Part shown: piece after piece, positions 7,401-19,400 of the stretch
Position numbering within the stretch: the first letter of the stretch is position 1
How the letters are laid out: each line of letters opens with the position of its first letter
Assembly: GCA_000004985.1 (NCBI GenBank)
Contig: GG739157.1
DNA: 35,985 bases
Reading direction: 5' to 3' (one strand)
Source: Naegleria gruberi
Taxonomy: Eukaryota
Position numbers and translations under genes: made by a program
Notes under the pieces: model-generated
Database searches by the model: none
Told to the model about the DNA's origin: nothing
Seen by the model: the letters and a program-made list of their open reading frames with translations, nothing else

Positions 7401-10400
7401 NNNNNNNNNNNNNNNNNNNNNNNNNNNNNNNNNNNNNNNNNNNNNNNNNNNNNNNNNNNNNNNNNNNNNNNNNNNNNNNNNNNNNNNNNNNNNNNNNNNN
7501 NNNNNNNNNNNNNNNNNNNNNNNNNNNNNNNNNNNNNNNNNNNNNNNNNNNNNNNNNNNNNNNNNNNNNNNNNNNNNNNNNNNNNNNNNNNNNNNNNNNN
7601 NNNNNNNNNNNNNNNNNNNNNNNNNNNNNNNNNNNNNNNNNNNNNNNNNNNNNNNNNNNNNNNNNNNNNNNNNNNNNNNNNNNNNNNNNNNNNNNNNNNN
7701 NNNNNNNNNNNNNNNNNNNNNNNNNNNNNNNNNNNNNNNNNNNNNNNNNNNNNNNNNNNNNNNNNNNNNNNNNNNNNNNNNNNNNNNNNNNNNNNNNNNN
7801 NNNNNNNNNNNNNNNNNNNNNNNNNNNNNNNNNNNNNNNNNNNNNNNNNNNNNNNNNNNNNNNNNNNNNNNNNNNNNNNNNNNNNNNNNNNNNNNNNNNN
7901 NNNNNNNNNNNNNNNNNNNNNNNNNNNNNNNNNNNNNNNNNNNNNNNNNNNNNNNNNNNNNNNNNNNNNNNNNNNNNNNNNNNNNNNNNNNNNNNNNNNN
8001 NNNNNNNNNNNNNNNNNNNNNNNNNNNNNNNNNNNNNNNNNNNNNNNNNNNNNNNNNNNNNNNNNNNNNNNNNNNNNNNNNNNNNNNNNNNNNNNNNNNN
8101 NNNNNNNNNNNNNNNNNNNNNNNNNNNNNNNNNNNNNNNNNNNNNNNNNNNNNNNNNNNNNNNNNNNNNNNNNNNNNNNNNNNNNNNNNNNNNNNNNNNN
8201 NNNNNNNNNNNNNNNNNNNNNNNNNNNNNNNNNNNNNNNNNNNNNNNNNNNNNNNNNNNNNNNNNNNNNNNNNNNNNNNNNNNNNNNNNNNNNNNNNNNN
8301 NNNNNNNNNNNNNNNNNNNNNNNNNNNNNNNNNNNNNNNNNNNNNNNNNNNNNNNNNNNNNNNNNNNNNNNNNNNNNNNNNNNNNNNNNNNNNNNNNNNN
8401 NNNNNNNNNNNNNNNNNNNNNNNNNNNNNNNNNNNNNNNNNNNNNNNNNNNNNNNNNNNNNNNNNNNNNNNNNNNNNNNNNNNNNNNNNNNNNNNNNNNN
8501 NNNNNNNNNNNNNNNNNNNNNNNNNNNNNNNNNNNNNNNNNNNNNNNNNNNNNNNNNNNNNNNNNNNNNNNNNNNNNNNNNNNNNNNNNNNNNNNNNNNN
8601 NNNNNNNNNNNNNNNNNNNNNNNNNNNNNNNNNNNNNNNNNNNNNNNNNNNNNNNNNNNNNNNNNNNNNNNNNNNNNNNNNNNNNNNNNNNNNNNNNNNN
8701 NNNNNNNNNNNNNNNNNNNNNNNNNNNNNNNNNNNNNNNNNNNNNNNNNNNNNNNNNNNNNNNNNNNNNNNNNNNNNNNNNNNNNNNNNNNNNNNNNNNN
8801 NNNNNNNNNNNNNNNNNNNNNNNNNNNNNNNNNNNNNNNNNNNNNNNNNNNNNNNNNNNNNNNNNNNNNNNNNNNNNNNNNNNNNNNNNNNNNNNNNNNN
8901 NNNNNNNNNNNNNNNNNNNNNNNNNNNNNNNNNNNNNNNNNNNNNNNNNNNNNNNNNNNNNNNNNNNNNNNNNNNNNNNNNNNNNNNNNNNNNNNNNNNN
9001 NNNNNNNNNNNNNNNNNNNNNNNNNNNNNNNNNNNNNNNNNNNNNNNNNNNNNNNNNNNNNNNNNNNNNNNNNNNNNNNNNNNNNNNNNNNNNNNNNNNN
9101 NNNNNNNNNNNNNNNNNNNNNNNNNNNNNNNNNNNNNNNNNNNNNNNNNNNNNNNNNNNNNNNNNNNNNNNNNNNNNNNNNNNNNNNNNNNNNNNNNNNN
9201 NNNNNNNNNNNNNNNNNNNNNNNNNNNNNNNNNNNNNNNNNNNNNNNNNNNNNNNNNNNNNNNNNNNNNNNNNNNNNNNNNNNNNNNNNNNNNNNNNNNN
9301 NNNNNNNNNNNNNNNNNNNNNNNNNNNNNNNNNNNNNNNNNNNNNNNNNNNNNNNNNNNNNNNNNNNNNNNNNNNNNNNNNNNNNNNNNNNNNNNNNNNN
9401 NNNNNNNNNNNNNNNNNNNNNNNNNNNNNNNNNNNNNNNNNNNNNNNNNNNNNNNNNNNNNNNNNNNNNNNNNNNNNNNNNNNNNNNNNNNNNNNNNNNN
9501 NNNNNNNNNNNNNNNNNNNNNNNNNNNNNNNNNNNNNNNNNNNNNNNNNNNNNNNNNNNNNNNNNNNNNNNNNNNNNNNNNNNNNNNNNNNNNNNNNNNN
9601 NNNNNNNNNNNNNNNNNNNNNNNNNNNNNNNNNNNNNNNNNNNNNNNNNNNNNNNNNNNNNNNNNNNNNNNNNNNNNNNNNNNNNNNNNNNNNNNNNNNN
9701 NNNNNNNNNNNNNNNNNNNNNNNNNNNNNNNNNNNNNNNNNNNNNNNNNNNNNNNNNNNNNNNNNNNNNNNNNNNNNNNNNNNNNNNNNNNNNNNNNNNN
9801 NNNNNNNNNNNNNNNNNNNNNNNNNNNNNNNNNNNNNNNNNNNNNNNNNNNNNNNNNNNNNNNNNNNNNNNNNNNNNNNNNNNNNNNNNNNNNNNNNNNN
9901 NNNNNNNNNNNNNNNNNNNNNNNNNNNNNNNNNNNNNNNNNNNNNNNNNNNNNNNNNNNNNNNNNNNNNNNNNNNNNNNNNNNNNNNNNNNNNNNNNNNN
10001 NNNNNNNNNNNNNNNNNNNNNNNNNNNNNNNNNNNNNNNNNNNNNNNNNNNNNNNNNNNNNNNNNNNNNNNNNNNNNNNNNNNNNNNNNNNNNNNNNNNN
10101 NNNNNNNNNNNNNNNNNNNNNNNNNNNNNNNNNNNNNNNNNNNNNNNNNNNNNNNNNNNNNNNNNNNNNNNNNNNNNNNNNNNNNNNNNNNNNNNNNNNN
10201 NNNNNNNNNNNNNNNNNNNNNNNNNNNNNNNNNNNNNNNNNNNNNNNNNNNNNNNNNNNNNNNNNNNNNNNNNNNNNNNNNNNNNNNNNNNNNNNNNNNN
10301 NNNNNNNNNNNNNNNNNNNNNNNNNNNNNNNNNNNNNNNNNNNNNNNNNNNNNNNNNNNNNNNNNNNNNNNNNNNNNNNNNNNNNNNNNNNNNNNNNNNN

Positions 10401-13400
10401 NNNNNNNNNNNNNNNNNNNNNNNNNNNNNNNNNNNNNNNNNNNNNNNNNNNNNNNNNNNNNNNNNNNNNNNNNNNNNNNNNNNNNNNNNNNNNNNNNNNN
10501 NNNNNNNNNNNNNNNNNNNNNNNNNNNNNNNNNNNNNNNNNNNNNNNNNNNNNNNNNNNNNNNNNNNNNNNNNNNNNNNNNNNNNNNNNNNNNNNNNNNN
10601 NNNNNNNNNNNNNNNNNNNNNNNNNNNNNNNNNNNNNNNNNNNNNNNNNNNNNNNNNNNNNNNNNNNNNNNNNNNNNNNNNNNNNNNNNNNNNNNNNNNN
10701 NNNNNNNNNNNNNNNNNNNNNNNNNNNNNNNNNNNNNNNNNNNNNNNNNNNNNNNNNNNNNNNNNNNNNNNNNNNNNNNNNNNNNNNNNNNNNNNNNNNN
10801 NNNNNNNNNNNNNNNNNNNNNNNNNNNNNNNNNNNNNNNNNNNNNNNNNNNNNNNNNNNNNNNNNNNNNNNNNNNNNNNNNNNNNNNNNNNNNNNNNNNN
10901 NNNNNNNNNNNNNNNNNNNNNNNNNNNNNNNNNNNNNNNNNNNNNNNNNNNNNNNNNNNNNNNNNNNNNNNNNNNNNNNNNNNNNNNNNNNNNNNNNNNN
11001 NNNNNNNNNNNNNNNNNNNNNNNNNNNNNNNNNNNNNNNNNNNNNNNNNNNNNNNNNNNNNNNNNNNNNNNNNNNNNNNNNNNNNNNNNNNNNNNNNNNN
11101 NNNNNNNNNNNNNNNNNNNNNNNNNNNNNNNNNNNNNNNNNNNNNNNNNNNNNNNNNNNNNNNNNNNNNNNNNNNNNNNNNNNNNNNNNNNNNNNNNNNN
11201 NNNNNNNNNNNNNNNNNNNNNNNNNNNNNNNNNNNNNNNNNNNNNNNNNNNNNNNNNNNNNNNNNNNNNNNNNNNNNNNNNNNNNNNNNNNNNNNNNNNN
11301 NNNNNNNNNNNNNNNNNNNNNNNNNNNNNNNNNNNNNNNNNNNNNNNNNNNNNNNNNNNNNNNNNNNNNNNNNNNNNNNNNNNNNNNNNNNNNNNNNNNN
11401 NNNNNNNNNNNNNNNNNNNNNNNNNNNNNNNNNNNNNNNNNNNNNNNNNNNNNNNNNNNNNNNNNNNNNNNNNNNNNNNNNNNNNNNNNNNNNNNNNNNN
11501 NNNNNNNNNNNNNNNNNNNNNNNNNNNNNNNNNNNNNNNNNNNNNNNNNNNNNNNNNNNNNNNNNNNNNNNNNNNNNNNNNNNNNNNNNNNNNNNNNNNN
11601 NNNNNNNNNNNNNNNNNNNNNNNNNNNNNNNNNNNNNNNNNNNNNNNNNNNNNNNNNNNNNNNNNNNNNNNNNNNNNNNNNNNNNNNNNNNNNNNNNNNN
11701 NNNNNNNNNNNNNNNNNNNNNNNNNNNNNNNNNNNNNNNNNNNNNNNNNNNNNNNNNNNNNNNNNNNNNNNNNNNNNNNNNNNNNNNNNNNNNNNNNNNN
11801 NNNNNNNNNNNNNNNNNNNNNNNNNNNNNNNNNNNNNNNNNNNNNNNNNNNNNNNNNNNNNNNNNNNNNNNNNNNNNNNNNNNNNNNNNNNNNNNNNNNN
11901 NNNNNNNNNNNNNNNNNNNNNNNNNNNNNNNNNNNNNNNNNNNNNNNNNNNNNNNNNNNNNNNNNNNNNNNNNNNNNNNNNNNNNNNNNNNNNNNNNNNN
12001 NNNNNNNNNNNNNNNNNNNNNNNNNNNNNNNNNNNNNNNNNNNNNNNNNNNNNNNNNNNNNNNNNNNNNNNNNNNNNNNNNNNNNNNNNNNNNNNNNNNN
12101 NNNNNNNNNNNNNNNNNNNNNNNNNNNNNNNNNNNNNNNNNNNNNNNNNNNNNNNNNNNNNNNNNNNNNNNNNNNNNNNNNNNNNNNNNNNNNNNNNNNN
12201 NNNNNNNNNNNNNNNNNNNNNNNNNNNNNNNNNNNNNNNNNNNNNNNNNNNNNNNNNNNNNNNNNNNNNNNNNNNNNNNNNNNNNNNNNNNNNNNNNNNN
12301 NNNNNNNNNNNNNNNNNNNNNNNNNNNNNNNNNNNNNNNNNNNNNNNNNNNNNNNNNNNNNNNNNNNNNNNNNNNNNNNNNNNNNNNNNNNNNNNNNNNN
12401 NNNNNNNNNNNNNNNNNNNNNNNNNNNNNNNNNNNNNNNNNNNNNNNNNNNNNNNNNNNNNNNNNNNNNNNNNNNNNNNNNNNNNNNNNNNNNNNNNNNN
12501 NNNNNNNNNNNNNNNNNNNNNNNNNNNNNNNNNNNNNNNNNNNNNNNNNNNNNNNNNNNNNNNNNNNNNNNNNNNNNNNNNNNNNNNNNNNNNNNNNNNN
12601 NNNNNNNNNNNNNNNNNNNNNNNNNNNNNNNNNNNNNNNNNNNNNNNNNNNNNNNNNNNNNNNNNNNNNNNNNNNNNNNNNNNNNNNNNNNNNNNNNNNN
12701 NNNNNNNNNNNNNNNNNNNNNNNNNNNNNNNNNNNNNNNNNNNNNNNNNNNNNNNNNNNNNNNNNNNNNNNNNNNNNNNNNNNNNNNNNNNNNNNNNNNN
12801 NNNNNNNNNNNNNNNNNNNNNNNNNNNNNNNNNNNNNNNNNNNNNNNNNNNNNNNNNNNNNNNNNNNNNNNNNNNNNNNNNNNNNNNNNNNNNNNNNNNN
12901 NNNNNNNNNNNNNNNNNNNNNNNNNNNNNNNNNNNNNNNNNNNNNNNNNNNNNNNNNNNNNNNNNNNNNNNNNNNNNNNNNNNNNNNNNNNNNNNNNNNN
13001 NNNNNNNNNNNNNNNNNNNNNNNNNNNNNNNNNNNNNNNNNNNNNNNNNNNNNNNNNNNNNNNNNNNNNNNNNNNNNNNNNNNNNNNNNNNNNNNNNNNN
13101 NNNNNNNNNNNNNNNNNNNNNNNNNNNNNNNNNNNNNNNNNNNNNNNNNNNNNNNNNNNNNNNNNNNNNNNNNNNNNNNNNNNNNNNNNNNNNNNNNNNN
13201 NNNNNNNNNNNNNNNNNNNNNNNNNNNNNNNNNNNNNNNNNNNNNNNNNNNNNNNNNNNNNNNNNNNNNNNNNNNNNNNNNNNNNNNNNNNNNNNNNNNN
13301 NNNNNNNNNNNNNNNNNNNNNNNNNNNNNNNNNNNNNNNNNNNNNNNNNNNNNNNNNNNNNNNNNNNNNNNNNNNNNNNNNNNNNNNNNNNNNNNNNNNN

Positions 13401-16400
13401 NNNNNNNNNNNNNNNNNNNNNNNNNNNNNNNNNNNNNNNNNNNNNNNNNNNNNNNNNNNNNNNNNNNNNNNNNNNNNNNNNNNNNNNNNNNNNNNNNNNN
13501 NNNNNNNNNNNNNNNNNNNNNNNNNNNNNNNNNNNNNNNNNNNNNNNNNNNNNNNNNNNNNNNNNNNNNNNNNNNNNNNNNNNNNNNNNNNNNNNNNNNN
13601 NNNNNNNNNNNNNNNNNNNNNNNNNNNNNNNNNNNNNNNNNNNNNNNNNNNNNNNNNNNNNNNNNNNNNNNNNNNNNNNNNNNNNNNNNNNNNNNNNNNN
13701 NNNNNNNNNNNNNNNNNNNNNNNNNNNNNNNNNNNNNNNNNNNNNNNNNNNNNNNNNNNNNNNNNNNNNNNNNNNNNNNNNNNNNNNNNNNNNNNNNNNN
13801 NNNNNNNNNNNNNNNNNNNNNNNNNNNNNNNNNNNNNNNNNNNNNNNNNNNNNNNNNNNNNNNNNNNNNNNNNNNNNNNNNNNNNNNNNNNNNNNNNNNN
13901 NNNNNNNNNNNNNNNNNNNNNNNNNNNNNNNNNNNNNNNNNNNNNNNNNNNNNNNNNNNNNNNNNNNNNNNNNNNNNNNNNNNNNNNNNNNNNNNNNNNN
14001 NNNNNNNNNNNNNNNNNNNNNNNNNNNNNNNNNNNNNNNNNNNNNNNNNNNNNNNNNNNNNNNNNNNNNNNNNNNNNNNNNNNNNNNNNNNNNNNNNNNN
14101 NNNNNNNNNNNNNNNNNNNNNNNNNNNNNNNNNNNNNNNNNNNNNNNNNNNNNNNNNNNNNNNNNNNNNNNNNNNNNNNNNNNNNNNNNNNNNNNNNNNN
14201 NNNNNNNNNNNNNNNNNNNNNNNNNNNNNNNNNNNNNNNNNNNNNNNNNNNNNNNNNNNNNNNNNNNNNNNNNNNNNNNNNNNNNNNNNNNNNNNNNNNN
14301 NNNNNNNNNNNNNNNNNNNNNNNNNNNNNNNNNNNNNNNNNNNNNNNNNNNNNNNNNNNNNNNNNNNNNNNNNNNNNNNNNNNNNNNNNNNNNNNNNNNN
14401 NNNNNNNNNNNNNNNNNNNNNNNNNNNNNNNNNNNNNNNNNNNNNNNNNNNNNNNNNNNNNNNNNNNNNNNNNNNNNNNNNNNNNNNNNNNNNNNNNNNN
14501 NNNNNNNNNNNNNNNNNNNNNNNNNNNNNNNNNNNNNNNNNNNNNNNNNNNNNNNNNNNNNNNNNNNNNNNNNNNNNNNNNNNNNNNNNNNNNNNNNNNN
14601 NNNNNNNNNNNNNNNNNNNNNNNNNNNNNNNNNNNNNNNNNNNNNNNNNNNNNNNNNNNNNNNNNNNNNNNNNNNNNNNNNNNNNNNNNNNNNNNNNNNN
14701 NNNNNNNNNNNNNNNNNNNNNNNNNNNNNNNNNNNNNNNNNNNNNNNNNNNNNNNNNNNNNNNNNNNNNNNNNNNNNNNNNNNNNNNNNNNNNNNNNNNN
14801 NNNNNNNNNNNNNNNNNNNNNNNNNNNNNNNNNNNNNNNNNNNNNNNNNNNNNNNNNNNNNNNNNNNNNNNNNNNNNNNNNNNNNNNNNNNNNNNNNNNN
14901 NNNNNNNNNNNNNNNNNNNNNNNNNNNNNNNNNNNNNNNNNNNNNNNNNNNNNNNNNNNNNNNNNNNNNNNNNNNNNNNNNNNNNNNNNNNNNNNNNNNN
15001 NNNNNNNNNNNNNNNNNNNNNNNNNNNNNNNNNNNNNNNNNNNNNNNNNNNNNNNNNNNNNNNNNNNNNNNNNNNNNNNNNNNNNNNNNNNNNNNNNNNN
15101 NNNNNNNNNNNNNNNNNNNNNNNNNNNNNNNNNNNNNNNNNNNNNNNNNNNNNNNNNNNNNNNNNNNNNNNNNNNNNNNNNNNNNNNNNNNNNNNNNNNN
15201 NNNNNNNNNNNNNNNNNNNNNNNNNNNNNNNNNNNNNNNNNNNNNNNNNNNNNNNNNNNNNNNNNNNNNNNNNNNNNNNNNNNNNNNNNNNNNNNNNNNN
15301 NNNNNNNNNNNNNNNNNNNNNNNNNNNNNNNNNNNNNNNNNNNNNNNNNNNNNNNNNNNNNNNNNNNNNNNNNNNNNNNNNNNNNNNNNNNNNNNNNNNN
15401 NNNNNNNNNNNNNNNNNNNNNNNNNNNNNNNNNNNNNNNNNNNNNNNNNNNNNNNNNNNNNNNNNNNNNNNNNNNNNNNNNNNNNNNNNNNNNNNNNNNN
15501 NNNNNNNNNNNNNNNNNNNNNNNNNNNNNNNNNNNNNNNNNNNNNNNNNNNNNNNNNNNNNNNNNNNNNNNNNNNNNNNNNNNNNNNNNNNNNNNNNNNN
15601 NNNNNNNNNNNNNNNNNNNNNNNNNNNNNNNNNNNNNNNNNNNNNNNNNNNNNNNNNNNNNNNNNNNNNNNNNNNNNNNNNNNNNNNNNNNNNNNNNNNN
15701 NNNNNNNNNNNNNNNNNNNNNNNNNNNNNNNNNNNNNNNNNNNNNNNNNNNNNNNNNNNNNNNNNNNNNNNNNNNNNNNNNNNNNNNNNNNNNNNNNNNN
15801 NNNNNNNNNNNNNNNNNNNNNNNNNNNNNNNNNNNNNNNNNNNNNNNNNNNNNNNNNNNNNNNNNNNNNNNNNNNNNNNNNNNNNNNNNNNNNNNNNNNN
15901 NNNNNNNNNNNNNNNNNNNNNNNNNNNNNNNNNNNNNNNNNNNNNNNNNNNNNNNNNNNNNNNNNNNNNNNNNNNNNNNNNNNNNNNNNNNNNNNNNNNN
16001 NNNNNNNNNNNNNNNNNNNNNNNNNNNNNNNNNNNNNNNNNNNNNNNNNNNNNNNNNNNNNNNNNNNNNNNNNNNNNNNNNNNNNNNNNNNNNNNNNNNN
16101 NNNNNNNNNNNNNNNNNNNNNNNNNNNNNNNNNNNNNNNNNNNNNNNNNNNNNNNNNNNNNNNNNNNNNNNNNNNNNNNNNNNNNNNNNNNNNNNNNNNN
16201 NNNNNNNNNNNNNNNNNNNNNNNNNNNNNNNNNNNNNNNNNNNNNNNNNNNNNNNNNNNNNNNNNNNNNNNNNNNNNNNNNNNNNNNNNNNNNNNNNNNN
16301 NNNNNNNNNNNNNNNNNNNNNNNNNNNNNNNNNNNNNNNNNNNNNNNNNNNNNNNNNNNNNNNNNNNNNNNNNNNNNNNNNNNNNNNNNNNNNNNNNNNN

Positions 16401-19400
16401 NNNNNNNNNNNNNNNNNNNNNNNNNNNNNNNNNNNNNNNNNNNNNNNNNNNNNNNNNNNNNNNNNNNNNNNNNNNNNNNNNNNNNNNNNNNNNNNNNNNN
16501 NNNNNNNNNNNNNNNNNNNNNNNNNNNNNNNNNNNNNNNNNNNNNNNNNNNNNNNNNNNNNNNNNNNNNNNNNNNNNNNNNNNNNNNNNNNNNNNNNNNN
16601 NNNNNNNNNNNNNNNNNNNNNNNNNNNNNNNNNNNNNNNNNNNNNNNNNNNNNNNNNNNNNNNNNNNNNNNNNNNNNNNNNNNNNNNNNNNNNNNNNNNN
16701 NNNNNNNNNNNNNNNNNNNNNNNNNNNNNNNNNNNNNNNNNNNNNNNNNNNNNNNNNNNNNNNNNNNNNNNNNNNNNNNNNNNNNNNNNNNNNNNNNNNN
16801 NNNNNNNNNNNNNNNNNNNNNNNNNNNNNNNNNNNNNNNNNNNNNNNNNNNNNNNNNNNNNNNNNNNNNNNNNNNNNNNNNNNNNNNNNNNNNNNNNNNN
16901 NNNNNNNNNNNNNNNNNNNNNNNNNNNNNNNNNNNNNNNNNNNNNNNNNNNNNNNNNNNNNNNNNNNNNNNNNNNNNNNNNNNNNNNNNNNNNNNNNNNN
17001 NNNNNNNNNNNNNNNNNNNNNNNNNNNNNNNNNNNNNNNNNNNNNNNNNNNNNNNNNNNNNNNNNNNNNNNNNNNNNNNNNNNNNNNNNNNNNNNNNNNN
17101 NNNNNNNNNNNNNNNNNNNNNNNNNNNNNNNNNNNNNNNNNNNNNNNNNNNNNNNNNNNNNNNNNNNNNNNNNNNNNNNNNNNNNNNNNNNNNNNNNNNN
17201 NNNNNNNNNNNNNNNNNNNNNNNNNNNNNNNNNNNNNNNNNNNNNNNNNNNNNNNNNNNNNNNNNNNNNNNNNNNNNNNNNNNNNNNNNNNNNNNNNNNN
17301 NNNNNNNNNNNNNNNNNNNNNNNNNNNNNNNNNNNNNNNNNNNNNNNNNNNNNNNNNNNNNNNNNNNNNNNNNNNNNNNNNNNNNNNNNNNNNNNNNNNN
17401 NNNNNNNNNNNNNNNNNNNNNNNNNNNNNNNNNNNNNNNNNNNNNNNNNNNNNNNNNNNNNNNNNNNNNNNNNNNNNNNNNNNNNNNNNNNNNNNNNNNN
17501 NNNNNNNNNNNNNNNNNNNNNNNNNNNNNNNNNNNNNNNNNNNNNNNNNNNNNNNNNNNNNNNNNNNNNNNNNNNNNNNNNNNNNNNNNNNNNNNNNNNN
17601 NNNNNNNNNNNNNNNNNNNNNNNNNNNNNNNNNNNNNNNNNNNNNNNNNNNNNNNNNNNNNNNNNNNNNNNNNNNNNNNNNNNNNNNNNNNNNNNNNNNN
17701 NNNNNNNNNNNNNNNNNNNNNNNNNNNNNNNNNNNNNNNNNNNNNNNNNNNNNNNNNNNNNNNNNNNNNNNNNNNNNNNNNNNNNNNNNNNNNNNNNNNN
17801 NNNNNNNNNNNNNNNNNNNNNNNNNNNNNNNNNNNNNNNNNNNNNNNNNNNNNNNNNNNNNNNNNNNNNNNNNNNNNNNNNNNNNNNNNNNNNNNNNNNN
17901 NNNNNNNNNNNNNNNNNNNNNNNNNNNNNNNNNNNNNNNNNNNNNNNNNNNNNNNNNNNNNNNNNNNNNNNNNNNNNNNNNNNNNNNNNNNNNNNNNNNN
18001 NNNNNNNNNNNNNNNNNNNNNNNNNNNNNNNNNNNNNNNNNNNNNNNNNNNNNNNNNNNNNNNNNNNNNNNNNNNNNNNNNNNNNNNNNNNNNNNNNNNN
18101 NNNNNNNNNNNNNNNNNNNNNNNNNNNNNNNNNNNNNNNNNNNNNNNNNNNNNNNNNNNNNNNNNNNNNNNNNNNNNNNNNNNNNNNNNNNNNNNNNNNN
18201 NNNNNNNNNNNNNNNNNNNNNNNNNNNNNNNNNNNNNNNNNNNNNNNNNNNNNNNNNNNNNNNNNNNNNNNNNNNNNNNNNNNNNNNNNNNNNNNNNNNN
18301 NNNNNNNNNNNNNNNNNNNNNNNNNNNNNNNNNNNNNNNNNNNNNNNNNNNNNNNNNNNNNNNNNNNNNNNNNNNNNNNNNNNNNNNNNNNNNNNNNNNN
18401 NNNNNNNNNNNNNNNNNNNNNNNNNNNNNNNNNNNNNNNNNNNNNNNNNNNNNNNNNNNNNNNNNNNNNNNNNNNNNNNNNNNNNNNNNNNNNNNNNNNN
18501 NNNNNNNNNNNNNNNNNNNNNNNNNNNNNNNNNNNNNNNNNNNNNNNNNNNNNNNNNNNNNNNNNNNNNNNNNNNNNNNNNNNNNNNNNNNNNNNNNNNN
18601 NNNNNNNNNNNNNNNNNNNNNNNNNNNNNNNNNNNNNNNNNNNNNNNNNNNNNNNNNNNNNNNNNNNNNNNNNNNNNNNNNNNNNNNNNNNNNNNNNNNN
18701 NNNNNNNNNNNNNNNNNNNNNNNNNNNNNNNNNNNNNNNNNNNNNNNNNNNNNNNNNNNNNNNNNNNNNNNNNNNNNNNNNNNNNNNNNNNNNNNNNNNN
18801 NNNNNNNNNNNNNNNNNNNNNNNNNNNNNNNNNNNNNNNNNNNNNNNNNNNNNNNNNNNNNNNNNNNNNNNNNNNNNNNNNNNNNNNNNNNNNNNNNNNN
18901 NNNNNNNNNNNNNNNNNNNNNNNNNNNNNNNNNNNNNNNNNNNNNNNNNNNNNNNNNNNNNNNNNNNNNNNNNNNNNNNNNNNNNNNNNNNNNNNNNNNN
19001 NNNNNNNNNNNNNNNNNNNNNNNNNNNNNNNNNNNNNNNNNNNNNNNNNNNNNNNNNNNNNNNNNNNNNNNNNNNNNNNNNNNNNNNNNNNNNNNNNNNN
19101 NNNNNNNNNNNNNNNNNNNNNNNNNNNNNNNNNNNNNNNNNNNNNNNNNNNNNNNNNNNNNNNNNNNNNNNNNNNNNNNNNNNNNNNNNNNNNNNNNNNN
19201 NNNNNNNNNNNNNNNNNNNNNNNNNNNNNNNNNNNNNNNNNNNNNNNNNNNNNNNNNNNNNNNNNNNNNNNNNNNNNNNNNNNNNNNNNNNNNNNNNNNN
19301 NNNNNNNNNNNNNNNNNNNNNNNNNNNNNNNNNNNNNNNNNNNNNNNNNNNNNNNNNNNNNNNNNNNNNNNNNNNNNNNNNNNNNNNNNNNNNNNNNNNN